A program made the translations under genes and the position numbers. A stretch of 64,000 nt of DNA from an uncultured Gemmatimonadales bacterium. Its GTDB lineage: Bacteria; Gemmatimonadota; Gemmatimonadetes; Gemmatimonadales; GWC2-71-9. The stretch is taken from the NCBI GenBank assembly GCA_963795085.1, contig CAWCFX010000001.1, positions 1,216,001 through 1,280,000 of the forward strand, given 5' to 3'. Shown piece after piece: positions 20,750 through 31,507 of this stretch. The notes under the pieces were generated by a model that worked only from the letters and a program-made list of their open reading frames with translations, made no database searches and was not told the DNA's origin. Numbering within the stretch: the first letter of the stretch is position 1; each line of letters begins with the position of its first letter.

Positions 20750-21286
20750 TCAGGCCGCCGGAAGACCATAGCGCTCCCGCAGGATTCTCAGATGATGGCG
20801 CTCGTGGCCTGGAATGATAAACGCCAGCGCCCGGACGCTGATCCGCGCATTGCTGGCTACGCCCCGGCGGTTCCACGCCGCGGCGTCGAGGCTTCGGAAG
20901 AGCGCCAGCGTTCCCCGCCGCACCACGGCCAGTTCTTCCACCAGGGTCCCCCACGCCTGGCGGTCGAACCCGGCCGCCTCGACATAGCGATTCTCGTCGA
21001 ATCCTTCCAGGGGCGTCTCGTCACCCCGCGCGATCCGCAGGGCCCGGTACCCGAAGATCCGCTCGGCGTCTACCAGGTGACCGATGATCTCCCGGATGCT
21101 CCACTTCCCCGGCGCATAACGGAACAGCGACTGGTCATCCGGGATGGTCCCGATCAGGGCCTGGGTGGCGATCGCCTGGGATTCCATCACGTGGACGGGG
21201 TCCGTCTCCAGGACTTCGCCCACGTATCCGGCATAAAAGGGCGAGTACTCGTCGGACATGGGACGGCCCAGCGAGGCTATAGCCAT
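20750..21286 (-). CDS. DinB family protein
   Basis: YAPGKWSIREIIGHL.D.ER and GHERHH. Confidence 0.85.
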   Translation of the reverse strand: MAIASLGRPMSDEYSPFYAGYVGEVLETDPVHVMESQAIATQALIGTIPDDQSLFRYAPGKWSIREIIGHLVDAERIFGYRALRIARGDETPLEGFDENRYVEAAGFDRQAWGTLVEELAVVRRGTLALFRSLDAAAWNRRGVASNARISVRALAFIIPGHERHHLRILRERYGLPAA

Positions 21287-21366
21287 GGGGACATACTCCG
21301 GTGCTTGAAAGGCGCGGTGGGCATGGTGAGACTTGGGATTCCAGCTGTCATGGGATGGGCGGGAGG

Positions 21367-22116
21367 TCAGCCAATCGCTTTCACGATCTTCCGGATCCGG
21401 TGGGCATCAGTGTACTCGGCAACGTAATCAGAGGCAAGCGGCTGGGCCCGGAAGGTCAGTTGCCGGTTGCGGTGTTTCATCTCGCTTCGCACCTGCTGGG
21501 CCGCCCGGACGTGGATTTCGCGGGCGCCCGTCAGTTCGACGATCCGTGCCGCATTGGTTTCACTGATCCGCCCTCCGGGCAGGATGACCAGGCGACCGGC
21601 GGCTCGCTCGATCATCCGCACGATGGTACGGGTCCCCGCGAGGGCGGTGCGGGCCTGGCCCGAGGTGAGCACCCGGTCCACCCCGATCCGCGCGAGATCA
21701 TCCACCGCCTCCAGCGCATCCCGGCTCACGTCGATCGCCCGGTGAAAGGTCACGTCCAGGGGCCGGGCTTCCTCGACCAGCCGGGTCGTGCGCTCCGCGT
21801 CCACCGTTCCATCGGGCCGCAGGAGACCGAACACGACGCCGTCGGCGCCCAGCTCCTGCGCCGTGGCGATGTCCCGCCGCATCACCGCGAACTCGCTCTC
21901 GGAGTAAAGGAAATCACCACCTCGCGGACGAACCATCACGTACACCGGCAGGTCCACCCTGGCCCGGACCTCGGCGATCATCCCTCCGCTCGGGGTGATG
22001 CCGCCCTCGACGAGGCTCGCGCACAACTCCACTCGCCCGGCGCCACCGCGCTCGGCGGCAACGGCGGACTGGACCGTGTCGACCACGACCTCCACCATGA
22101 TGCGCGGCTTCGCCAT
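21367..22116 (-). CDS. cutC: Copper homeostasis protein CutC
   Basis: Motifs RVELC, GGITPS, MVRPRGGDF, TFHRAID and LTSG. Confidence 0.92.
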   Translation of the reverse strand: MAKPRIMVEVVVDTVQSAVAAERGGAGRVELCASLVEGGITPSGGMIAEVRARVDLPVYVMVRPRGGDFLYSESEFAVMRRDIATAQELGADGVVFGLLRPDGTVDAERTTRLVEEARPLDVTFHRAIDVSRDALEAVDDLARIGVDRVLTSGQARTALAGTRTIVRMIERAAGRLVILPGGRISETNAARIVELTGAREIHVRAAQQVRSEMKHRNRQLTFRAQPLASDYVAEYTDAHRIRKIVKAIG

Positions 22117-22151
22117 GATGCTCCGATTTCCGATGTTCGGTTCCCGCTCCG

Positions 22152-23060
22152 CTACGAATCGGCCGCCACGTAGGCGTCGATGACCGCCTGCTCGCCCGCC
22201 GTGCCGGGCCGGGAGTTGCCGTGCTCCATGCCGAGCACCCCCTGGTATCCCTTTTCCCGGATGTGGCGAAAGATATTCCGGTAGTTGACCTCCCCGGTGC
22301 CGGGTTCTTTCCGGCCGGGGTTGTCACCAATCTGGAAGTATGCTACCTCGTCCCAGGCGCGGTTGATATTGGGGATCAGGTTCCCCTCCGTGATCTGCTG
22401 GTGGTACAGGTCGAACAGGATCTTGCAGGCGGGGCTGCTCACCGCTTTGCAGACCTGGTAGGCCTGGGGGATCCTGGTCAGGAACTGCCCGGGGTGGTCC
22501 CGCAGATTGTTGAGCGGCTCAATGACGATCACCAGGCCGTGCGGGGCCAGGATTCCGGCCGCCTGCGTGAGCGATTCGACCACGTTGGCGGTCTGGTAGT
22601 CGAGGTGGAGCCGGGGGTCGACCAGCCCGGGCACGACCGTCATCCAGCGGGCGTTGACCCGCCGGGCTACATCCACCGAGTTACGAATGTCGGCGAGGAA
22701 GGCCTCCCGCTTGCCCGGGTCACCGCTGGTCAGGTTGGGGTCGTTCCAGCCGATCTTCGCGGCCACGAAGACGCCCATCGTCATGCCGTGCCGCGCCAGC
22801 GCCGCGGCGATGCGCACCTGTTCCGGCACCGGTCGTCCCGCCATGTCGTTGTCCTCCATGGCGGTGAATCCCCGTTCCGCCATGAAATCGATCTGGGACA
22901 CGGGATCGGGACCGGCATGCTGCTCGAACATGCCGAGGTGGGGGGCGTACCTGAGGGAAAAAGCGGAGGGCCGGGCCGACCCCACAGCCAGGGCAGGAGA
23001 GGCGAAGCCAGCGGCCGCGGCCGCGCCCAGGCCCGCGCCGACAAAATCCCGTCGCTTCAT
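22152..23060 (-). CDS. Tat-exported hydroxypyruvate isomerase/xylose isomerase-like TIM-barrel protein
   Basis: KRRDFV Tat motif; IEPLN, DLYHQQ, GDNPGRKEPGTGE and MEH. Confidence 0.85.
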   Translation of the reverse strand: MKRRDFVGAGLGAAAAAGFASPALAVGSARPSAFSLRYAPHLGMFEQHAGPDPVSQIDFMAERGFTAMEDNDMAGRPVPEQVRIAAALARHGMTMGVFVAAKIGWNDPNLTSGDPGKREAFLADIRNSVDVARRVNARWMTVVPGLVDPRLHLDYQTANVVESLTQAAGILAPHGLVIVIEPLNNLRDHPGQFLTRIPQAYQVCKAVSSPACKILFDLYHQQITEGNLIPNINRAWDEVAYFQIGDNPGRKEPGTGEVNYRNIFRHIREKGYQGVLGMEHGNSRPGTAGEQAVIDAYVAADS

Positions 23061-23063
23061 CGA

Positions 23064-24365
<1,302 letters not shown>

Positions 24366-24432
24366 GAGGAAACCTCCAGCCGTCAGTGAGCACTCCGCAC
24401 CAAAGCCAGAACCCAGTACTGGGTTTCGCGTC

Positions 24433-25200
24433 TTATTCTCGCACTATCCTGAAACCGACGAAGGGCGCGTCCGAGAGCCACCAGCGACTCTTGGGGTACT
24501 GGGGATCTCGCTCCTGCCAGCCGGTGGAGTACCCGGCCCGGGCGCCGGGGTGTGCCTCCGCCGGTGGGTCCCGCCAGGAGCCGCCCCTCGTGAGATGGCG
24601 GCCGTCGGGGCCGGTCACCCATTCGGCGGCGTTGCCCAGGAGGTCGTAAATCCCCAGGGCATCCGGGGCTCGGGAGCCCACCGGGTGAGATCTGCCGCCG
24701 GCGTTGCCGGCATACCAGGCCACCGAATCGAGCCGGGCGGATGCCACCGGGGCGTACCCGAAGCCGGCCGCGGCTGCTCTCGACCATTCCGCATCGGTTG
24801 GCAGACGATACCGCTTCCCGGTGACGGACGATAGCCACGCCGCGTAGGCCTCCGCCGCCGGGGCCGCGACGCTGATGGCGGGGTAGCCCTGGTGTCCCCA
24901 GCCATAATCGGGGGCGCCGTAGGGCCTGCTGGGGCGCGAAATGGCATCCGAGCCGGCCTCGCCGGCCGGTTGGTCGAGCCGGTAGGCGAAGACATCATAG
25001 GCATCCCAGGTCACCTCGGTCGCGCCAATCCAGAGCGCCGGCTCGCCCGGCAGGCGGACCATGACAAAGCTGACCAGGGTGCCCGGGATGGTATCGGCAT
25101 AGGCCGCCCGAACCGGTTCGGTGCGCATTCCGGCCGGGTCCGCCGCCGACGGCGCACAGGCCAGCAGGCATCCCGCGAGCGCGATTAGCTTGGATTTCAT
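24433..25200 (-). CDS. Formylglycine-generating enzyme (SUMF1/FGE-sulfatase) domain lipoprotein
   Basis: Lipobox LLAC; TEVT, YRLPT.AEW, DLLGNAAEW, RGGSW and GFRIV. Confidence 0.85.
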   Translation of the reverse strand: MKSKLIALAGCLLACAPSAADPAGMRTEPVRAAYADTIPGTLVSFVMVRLPGEPALWIGATEVTWDAYDVFAYRLDQPAGEAGSDAISRPSRPYGAPDYGWGHQGYPAISVAAPAAEAYAAWLSSVTGKRYRLPTDAEWSRAAAAGFGYAPVASARLDSVAWYAGNAGGRSHPVGSRAPDALGIYDLLGNAAEWVTGPDGRHLTRGGSWRDPPAEAHPGARAGYSTGWQERDPQYPKSRWWLSDAPFVGFRIVRE

Positions 25201-26140
25201 GCCTGTGAATCGACTCGTATGGGGCCCATATCTGCTGTTGCACGTTTTCCCCTGGCAGGCTGGCGCGCAGGAGCGTCTCGAGTTTGCCCAGGTCCACATG
25301 GGGATGGAGGTGCGAGTGGTGCTGTACGCCGATTCCGGGGTGGGAAGGCTGGCGGCAACGGCCGCCTTTGCGCGGATCCGGGTGCTCGAAGATATCCTGA
25401 GCGACTACCGAGACGAAAGCGAGGTGCGCCGGCTCGCCCGGAGGCCGGGGGAGTGGATCCCGGTCTCGGCGGACCTCTTTTCCGTTCTGAGCCTGGCGCT
25501 CGAGCTGGCCGAGGCGAGCCAGGGGGCGTTCGATCCCACGGTGGGAGCGCTGGTGGCGTTGTGGCGGGAGGCACGAGTGACCGCCCGCCTGCCCGACTCC
25601 GCGGCACTGGCCGATGTCAGGCAGCGGGTTGGGTGGCGCCTGGTCCTTCTGGATTCGGCCCGGTCCGCGGCCCGCTTCGCACGGGATGGTATGCGGCTGG
25701 ACCTGGGAGCGGTCGCCAAGGGTTATATCCTGGACGAGGCGCTGGCGGCGGCCCGCACGGCGGGAGCGAGCCGCGCGCTGATCCGGGCCGGCGGGGATAT
25801 CGTCACCGGCGACGCACCGCCGGGCCGCACCGGATGGGCGATACGGGCCGACGATGCCGGCGCCCCAATCGCGGCGGCCGCCGGCTCCCTGGTGAACGCG
25901 GCGCTCTCGACGTCCGGGGACAGTGAGCAATTTGTCATGCTCGGCGGGGTGCGGTATTCCCACGTGCTGGATGCGCGGAGCGGGTGGCCCCTGACGCACC
26001 GAAGGCGGGCCTGGGTGATCGCCCCGCGAGGCGCCCTCGCCGACGGCCTGGCCACCGCGCTTACGATCGTGGGTACTGAGGAGACTGCCGGGTTGCTCGC
26101 CCGCTATCCCGGCGTGATCGCCGGCGTGACGCCTCGCTGA
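25199..26140 (+). CDS. apbE: FAD:protein FMN transferase (ApbE family); start uncertain
   Basis: Motifs HMG, GAFDPTVG, DLGAVAKG, GGDI, STSG, YSHVLD and ADGLATA. Confidence 0.88.
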   Translation: MPVNRLVWGPYLLLHVFPWQAGAQERLEFAQVHMGMEVRVVLYADSGVGRLAATAAFARIRVLEDILSDYRDESEVRRLARRPGEWIPVSADLFSVLSLALELAEASQGAFDPTVGALVALWREARVTARLPDSAALADVRQRVGWRLVLLDSARSAARFARDGMRLDLGAVAKGYILDEALAAARTAGASRALIRAGGDIVTGDAPPGRTGWAIRADDAGAPIAAAAGSLVNAALSTSGDSEQFVMLGGVRYSHVLDARSGWPLTHRRRAWVIAPRGALADGLATALTIVGTEETAGLLARYPGVIAGVTPR

Positions 26141-26142
26141 CG

Positions 26143-26883
26143 CTATTTCCGGTTCGAGTTCCAGACCCGGCCCGCCTGGGCGGCGATGTTCGGCATGGTC
26201 CGCCCCGATACCACCGAGGTCTCGTACTCCCCGGTGACATCCGAGTCGGGCCTGGCGTACTCATCCCGGTGTTTGATCAGCAGCCATTCGTTCTTGCCCC
26301 GGTCGGCACGGCGGGTGCGCACCAGCACGAATGATCCCTTCAGCCGTTCGCCCAGCAGGACAAACTTGAGGTCTCCTTTGGCGTAGCCACGGCGGAGCCC
26401 GGCCAGCGGAGCCAGGTCGGTGTCGCCATACGTATAGATGCCCCGGTCCCAGAGCATCACCGTGCCGCCGCCATACTGGCCCTTCGGAATGATGCCTTCG
26501 AATTCGTTGTACTCCACCGGGTGATCCTCGACTTCCATCGCCAGCCGCTTGACAGCCGGGTCCATGCTGGGTCCCTTGGGGACCGCCCAGCTTTTCATCA
26601 CCCCGTCCAGCTCCAGCCGCAGATCGTAGTGAAGCCGGGTCGCGGCATGCTTCTGTATCACGAAGACCAGGCTGGCCGCCGCGCTCGTCCCGCCACCTTC
26701 AGGCTCAGCGGTTACCGTGAAGTCGCGCTTCTTCTGATATTCCGCCAGTTTCGCTCCGGCCTTGCTGGCCGGGGGTGGGCCCGCGGCCTTCCTGGTGCGG
26801 GTGGCTTTCTTCCCGGTTCCAGATGCTTTCGCGGCCGGTTTCGAAGCTGGTTTGGGGGATGATTTTTTCTTGCCGGTTGGCAT
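26143..26883 (-). CDS. Stand-alone LigD 3'-phosphoesterase domain protein
   Basis: Motifs Y..KRDF..T.EP, FVIQKH.A.RLHYDLRLE, SWAVPKGPS, VEDHP and YGGG.VM.WD.G; Lys-rich N-terminus. Confidence 0.92.
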   Translation of the reverse strand: MPTGKKKSSPKPASKPAAKASGTGKKATRTRKAAGPPPASKAGAKLAEYQKKRDFTVTAEPEGGGTSAAASLVFVIQKHAATRLHYDLRLELDGVMKSWAVPKGPSMDPAVKRLAMEVEDHPVEYNEFEGIIPKGQYGGGTVMLWDRGIYTYGDTDLAPLAGLRRGYAKGDLKFVLLGERLKGSFVLVRTRRADRGKNEWLLIKHRDEYARPDSDVTGEYETSVVSGRTMPNIAAQAGRVWNSNRK

Positions 26884-26898
26884 CGGGTCTCCTGAGGC

Positions 26899-27333
26899 TC
26901 AGTCCCCCGAATGTAGCGGACGTCGGGGCTGCCGCTGTGACCCAATGCTCATCGCGGCCCCGGAGTCTCTCAGCAGATCACCGAGAACCGATCGGTGGCA
27001 GCGTTTCTCATCCTCGCAGTAGCACCCCACCGCGAGGTCGGTCTGTCGGGAGAGCAGCGCCAGGAGCCGGATGATCCGGCTGGGGACCGGTCGGGCCATT
27101 TCCCGCCGGTAGCGCCGGGCAAAGGCTTCCCACTGGCGGGGTGTTATCGCGCCGGCCTGGACCGACGCCACCAGCTCTGCGCTGGGCGCCAGTTCGGGGA
27201 GCCAGGTGTCGAACCAGCCATCCGGGGACCACCGCTCCTTCGGCACGCCCCGGGGCGGGCGCCGCACGGTGCCGATGCGAAGGCCTTCACCCGGAACGCG
27301 GTCCGAACCCAGCCGCACCACCCGAAGCGCCAT
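26899..27333 (-). CDS. DUF488 family protein
   Basis: RIGTVRRPPRGV, WLPELAPS and C.CEDE..CHRS. Confidence 0.8.
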   Translation of the reverse strand: MALRVVRLGSDRVPGEGLRIGTVRRPPRGVPKERWSPDGWFDTWLPELAPSAELVASVQAGAITPRQWEAFARRYRREMARPVPSRIIRLLALLSRQTDLAVGCYCEDEKRCHRSVLGDLLRDSGAAMSIGSQRQPRRPLHSGD

Positions 27334-27343
27334 GGCTTCCCCC

Positions 27344-27913
27344 TCACCCGCCGATGGCGGATTTGATCCGGGCCAGCTGGCGCTGGTGGACCAGGTCGTG
27401 GCCGGCATACATCTCCATCATCCTCGTCAGGCTCTCTTCACCCCGCTCGGCATGGATACCAACCCGCGCCCGTTCCGCCGGCGTGGTCTCCAGGAGCAGC
27501 CGCAGGTTGCAGGCGCGCAGCGCATCGAACTGCTCGAGCGCGAGAGCGAGGGTGGCCCGGTCGTAGTGCAGGCGGCTGGCCCAGCGGTCCTGGTCATAGC
27601 CGGGGATAGGGGGGCGGTCATGGGCGAGCGTCATCCGGAACCGGAAGGCACCGACGATCTCCGAGTCGGCCAGATGCTGCACCACCTGGGCCAGCGACCA
27701 TTTGCCCGGCTTTTCCGGCTCGCCCAGTTTGCCGGCGGCTACGCCATCGAGCAGGCGGCGGAGGGCCGCCGGGGTTTCACGCATGACCTGGAGCGGATCC
27801 CGGCCCGCCAGAGCGTCCAGGAGGGAGGCGATGTACGCATCGGGCTGTGCCGCGGGGTCGGGCGCCGCGGACGCCGGTCGTCCACCGGCGATGGCGGGAT
27901 CATTGCTTGGCAT
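27344..27913 (-). CDS. DinB family protein
   Basis: PGKWS..QVVQHLADSE, YDQD.W and AGHDLVH. Confidence 0.85.
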   Translation of the reverse strand: MPSNDPAIAGGRPASAAPDPAAQPDAYIASLLDALAGRDPLQVMRETPAALRRLLDGVAAGKLGEPEKPGKWSLAQVVQHLADSEIVGAFRFRMTLAHDRPPIPGYDQDRWASRLHYDRATLALALEQFDALRACNLRLLLETTPAERARVGIHAERGEESLTRMMEMYAGHDLVHQRQLARIKSAIGG

Positions 27914-28328
27914 TGGCGTCCAGACCGGCCGAGTCTTCATAGGCCGCGTTGATGAGCCTGGTCAGCGTGGGGAGGTGGATGTCCTCGAGTTTCCGGACAG
28001 ACAGGCAGGACACGCCGAGCTTGTGCTTGCCCAGCTTCTTGAGCAGGTGGGGATACCGCCGGAGGCCGGGCATGATGTAAATCGACAAGTTCCCTTTTCG
28101 GGGAGAGAACCCGATCCGGGGCCAGTCGCCCTCCCGGCCGGAGGCGTACCCGTAGTGGAAGGATCCAAACCCGACGATGGCCGGGCCCCACATGACGGGG
28201 CGCTTGCCGCTGGCTTTCTTCATCAAGCCGAGGACGGTCCGGGCGTCCGCCCGCTGGACCGGGTCCTCGATTCCGTGGATGAAGGCGGTCACGCTTTTCC
28301 GGGTTGGTCGGGTCTTGAGCTCCGCCAT
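27900..28328 (-). CDS. DUF1801 domain protein
   Basis: MWG..IVGFG..HY.YASGREGDW...GFSPRK and LGKHK.G.SCL. Confidence 0.85.
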   Translation of the reverse strand: MAELKTRPTRKSVTAFIHGIEDPVQRADARTVLGLMKKASGKRPVMWGPAIVGFGSFHYGYASGREGDWPRIGFSPRKGNLSIYIMPGLRRYPHLLKKLGKHKLGVSCLSVRKLEDIHLPTLTRLINAAYEDSAGLDANAKQ

Positions 28329-28358
28329 GGTATCCATCCCAAGGGAAACGGCTGACGA

Positions 28359-28754
28359 TCAGCGCGGGAGATTGTGCCGCACCGAGCGATATCCCAGCCC
28401 GAGGATGATCGTACCGGGAATTTCGATTGCCAGCGCGATCAGAATTATGCCGCCGGGCCAGATCCCGGTCGCCGCCAGCCCGAGGATCCGGGCCGCTGCC
28501 AGCCCGGCGAAAACAATCGCGCCGGCAAAGAGGCCGGGCCCCGTCCATGCCGTTCGCCGGCTGGCGAGAAGGAAGAAAATGCCCAGGGCAAGCTGGACGC
28601 CCCCGTAGGTCGCCGCGAAATCAATTCGCGCGGTGGGCGATGGCAGGGGTATCTCGGTCAGCCGGGCCATGGGCAGCGGCCAGAGCAGGTAGGCGGCGCC
28701 GAAGCCCAGGAACCCGAGCGCGGTCAGCAGGAGGGCCAGCCGGGGCCAGGTCAT
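28359..28754 (-). CDS. DUF4345-like 4-TM membrane protein
   Basis: Four hydrophobic helices and an A.YGG motif. Confidence 0.6.
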   Translation of the reverse strand: MTWPRLALLLTALGFLGFGAAYLLWPLPMARLTEIPLPSPTARIDFAATYGGVQLALGIFFLLASRRTAWTGPGLFAGAIVFAGLAAARILGLAATGIWPGGIILIALAIEIPGTIILGLGYRSVRHNLPR

Positions 28755-28788
28755 GGATGACTAGATATACCCTCAGCGGCGGACTCGC

Positions 28789-29640
28789 TCAAGGGAATGC
28801 GATCATGAGTCCACCCTGCAGCACCCAATCCGGGGACTTGGAGGAGAGCCCGATCTGGCTGTCGAACTTGAGTGACTCCCGGCGGGTCAAGGTGACGAGA
28901 ATGCCGGGAATCTGTTCCCATATGGCCAGCGCTCCGGTTTCCCCACCTTCAAGAATGATATGGGTGCGCACCGCCGGCGAGAACCGGCGGATCCACTCGA
29001 GGCTGACCTCTCCGAAATCGAGCTTCGATTCCCGGTGGTTGTACTCCAGCCCCAGCCGGCCCTGGACGGTCCCCACCCCGGTGCCTTTGACGAACCCGAT
29101 ACCGGGCTTGATATCAAAGTCCGGTTCTCCGACCAGGACCGACCGGGTCTGGGTGGGAATCACGACTTCCGCATAGGCGAAGAGTTCCGGCGTGCGCCGG
29201 CTTTCGGTCCGGAGCCGGGTTCGGAACTGCCCCTCGATGTCGGCAATGCCGGATTCCTCCCGGGGGAGCCCGGTCGGAAAGGTGTCTCCGGGGGCCCGGT
29301 CCAGCCGGGCGTGGACGTAGGCCGCCTCCATCTCGACCGCGAGCCAGTTGGTGACCCCATAGCCTACCCAGAGCTGGGCGGACCAGGATCGCAGCCGGGC
29401 GCGGATATCCACATCGGGGCCGGCCCCGAACTCGGTCGGCTGATATTGGTGATCGGCATCGCGCAGGTACTTCGAAGAACGGTAGAGCATGAGGCGGCCT
29501 TGCTCGATGTAGGTTCCGAACAGGGACGCCGGGATGCCGGTGCCCCGGTCGGCAAACGAGCGGGCAACCGGTGTCTCCTGGGCCAGGGCGGGAGCAGCGC
29601 ATAGCAGCAGCAGCGCGGTGAGGGTGGGTCGAAAGGTCAT
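28789..29640 (-). CDS. Secreted/outer-membrane beta-barrel protein (transporter-like)
   Basis: Signal peptide, alternating amphipathic strands and an aromatic residue near the C-terminus. Confidence 0.6.
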   Translation of the reverse strand: MTFRPTLTALLLLCAAPALAQETPVARSFADRGTGIPASLFGTYIEQGRLMLYRSSKYLRDADHQYQPTEFGAGPDVDIRARLRSWSAQLWVGYGVTNWLAVEMEAAYVHARLDRAPGDTFPTGLPREESGIADIEGQFRTRLRTESRRTPELFAYAEVVIPTQTRSVLVGEPDFDIKPGIGFVKGTGVGTVQGRLGLEYNHRESKLDFGEVSLEWIRRFSPAVRTHIILEGGETGALAIWEQIPGILVTLTRRESLKFDSQIGLSSKSPDWVLQGGLMIAFP

Positions 29641-29755
29641 GGGTGTCTCCGAAGGGGCCGGACAAGGAACCGGTACCGGGGCCGCGGCGTGACAATTTGC
29701 GGATTGTTCCCCCCCATGGCATCTTCGACCCGGCTGGCCCAGATCAGGAGACTCT

Positions 29756-30512
29756 ATGATGTTCGCCCTCGTGCTGGCCTTCCAGGCGGGCCAGGCAACT
29801 GTCTCCGGTGACCTGCGTGACAGCGAATCCGGCCGGCCCCTGGTGCATGCCAGCGTTCACCTCACCAACCTGGACCGGCAGGTCCTCACCGACGCCCAGG
29901 GCCGCTACACCCTGTCCAATGTACCGCCCGGCCCCCAGCACCTCACCTTCCGGCTGATCGGTTACACCCCCCGCACGCTGGACGCCCTGGTGCCGCGGGA
30001 GGGCCGGCTGGAAATCAGCGTCACGCTGCGGGCCCACCCGCTGGAACTGGCACCGCTCAACGTGACCGCTACGACCGGGGCGGGCGCGTGAACCCGACGG
30101 CGCATTCTGGTTCGCGGCGGATCACTCGACGTCCCTCGCCGACATCCGGCTCCATCCGCTCCTGGCCGAGCCGGATGCGCTGCAGTCCATTGCCAGTGGC
30201 GACATCGTGGTAGATCCCGAGTCACCCGCCGGTGTTCACCTCCGGGGGGAGCCTCCGACCAGGTGAGCGACACGCTTGACGGCATCCCCGTGTTCAACCC
30301 GTACCATGTCGGCGGGATGTTCACGGCCTGGAATCCTGATGCGCTCGCCACCCTGGAGGTATCCACCTCCAGCCCGTCCCCGGACCTGCCGCCCTCGCTC
30401 TCGGGCACCATCGCAGCGACCACCCGCTCCCCGGGTAGTCGCCACGAGATGCAGGGGAGCCTCAGTACCGACCAGGCCCGGCTTACGATGCATGGCCCCA
30501 TCGCCGGCGGCA
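29756..30512 (+). pseudogene. TonB-dependent receptor fragment (carboxypeptidase-regulatory-like domain plus plug; barrel missing)
   Basis: TDAQGRY.L..VP.G domain, then frameshifts near 30080 and at the G6 run 30244-30249, then plug motif HLRG/GASDQ...LDGIPVFNPYH. Confidence 0.75.
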
Positions 30513-30514
30513 GG

Positions 30515-30682
30515 ATGCCGGAGAGGGAACGTCACATGCTGCTGCTGCGGGCGGAAGGGTACAGCTACCGGGAGATCGCCGGGGCGTTGGAAATAAACGA
30601 GGCCAGCGTCGGAGTATTCCTGGCCCGGGCCAAGGAGGCCTTTCGCGGCCACTTCGAGGCGCTTGCCGATGCATCTCACTGA
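30515..30682 (+). pseudogene. ECF sigma factor region-4 remnant
   Basis: PERERHMLLLRAEGYSYREIA.AL.....SVG..LARA with no region 2; joined in frame to the receptor plug. Confidence 0.75.
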
Positions 30683-31030
30683 AGAGCAGGTCCAGCGCGC
30701 CCTTCACGGGGAGGCCCCGGATGCGTCGCTGGAGGAGCATCTCGCCACCTGTGCGGCCTGCCGCCAGGCGCTCGCCCGGGCTGCCGCGGATGAAGCCGGG
30801 ATCCTGGCGCTGCTGGGGTCGCTGGATGCGGAACCGCCGGCTCTGAGCGCGGACACCATCGCGGCGCTGGCTCGAGGGCGCCGTCCGGCCAGGGCCGGCT
30901 TCCGGTGGGCGGCCGCGCTGCTCCTTGCCTCCGGACTCGCCGAGGTGGCCTATGCTGTCCCGGGTTCGCCCGTTCGCCGCTGGGTCAGCGAGTTCCTGGG
31001 GTCTGCGTCCATCCCGGCTCCCGAGCCAGC
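30669..31030 (+). pseudogene. Truncated zinc-finger (ZAS-type) anti-sigma factor
   Basis: MHL..E...HLATCAAC (HxxxCxxC) followed by a TM helix; then runs into unrelated sequence. Confidence 0.65.
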
Positions 31031-31402
31031 CTGCGTGGAGAACAACTCCGTCCTCAATTTTCGGGGAGGACGTGGACAACTATGAAAACGGCGAGTCGGG
31101 ACCATGCCGGCAGCTGGCGCCACGGTACCGCCGGAGCGGTCGCCGGCCTCATCATGCCCGGGCTGCCGCTGCTGGGCTCCCGTTATTACCAGGAGATCGC
31201 ACCGGGCGTGGCCCTGGACCGGGCGGAGATTACGCAACTCAACGCCGACCTGCGTACGCCCTACCGGCCATTCCGTGAGGTCCTGGTGACGGAAGAGACG
31301 ACCCCCCTGGAACCCGACCTCGTCGAGTACAAATATTATGTGGCTGGTATTGGATTGACGGCGGACGGCGATCTCAAGCTGGTCGGCTTCACGGCGCCGT
31401 AG
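31030..31402 (+). pseudogene. C-terminal fragment of a conserved hypothetical protein, frameshifted
   Basis: FGEDVDNYENG in one frame and GSWRHG..GA.AGLIMPG...YYQE.APG.A.DRAE...EYKYY..GIG in another. Confidence 0.6.
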
Positions 31403-31507
31403 GGGCTTCCGGCGTCGCCACTTTCCGGGGTCCTTCAGCGTAGGGGTGTGGCATCTCCGGTTTCCGGGTATACATTCCCGGTCGATCCCATCCAACGAGG
31501 AGGACCC

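Noticed and set aside
30089..30091. TGA ending ORF 29756..30091 as a second selenocysteine codon
   Set aside because: The receptor sequence continues in a different frame (a frameshift), there is no Cys-type context and no SECIS-like hairpin.
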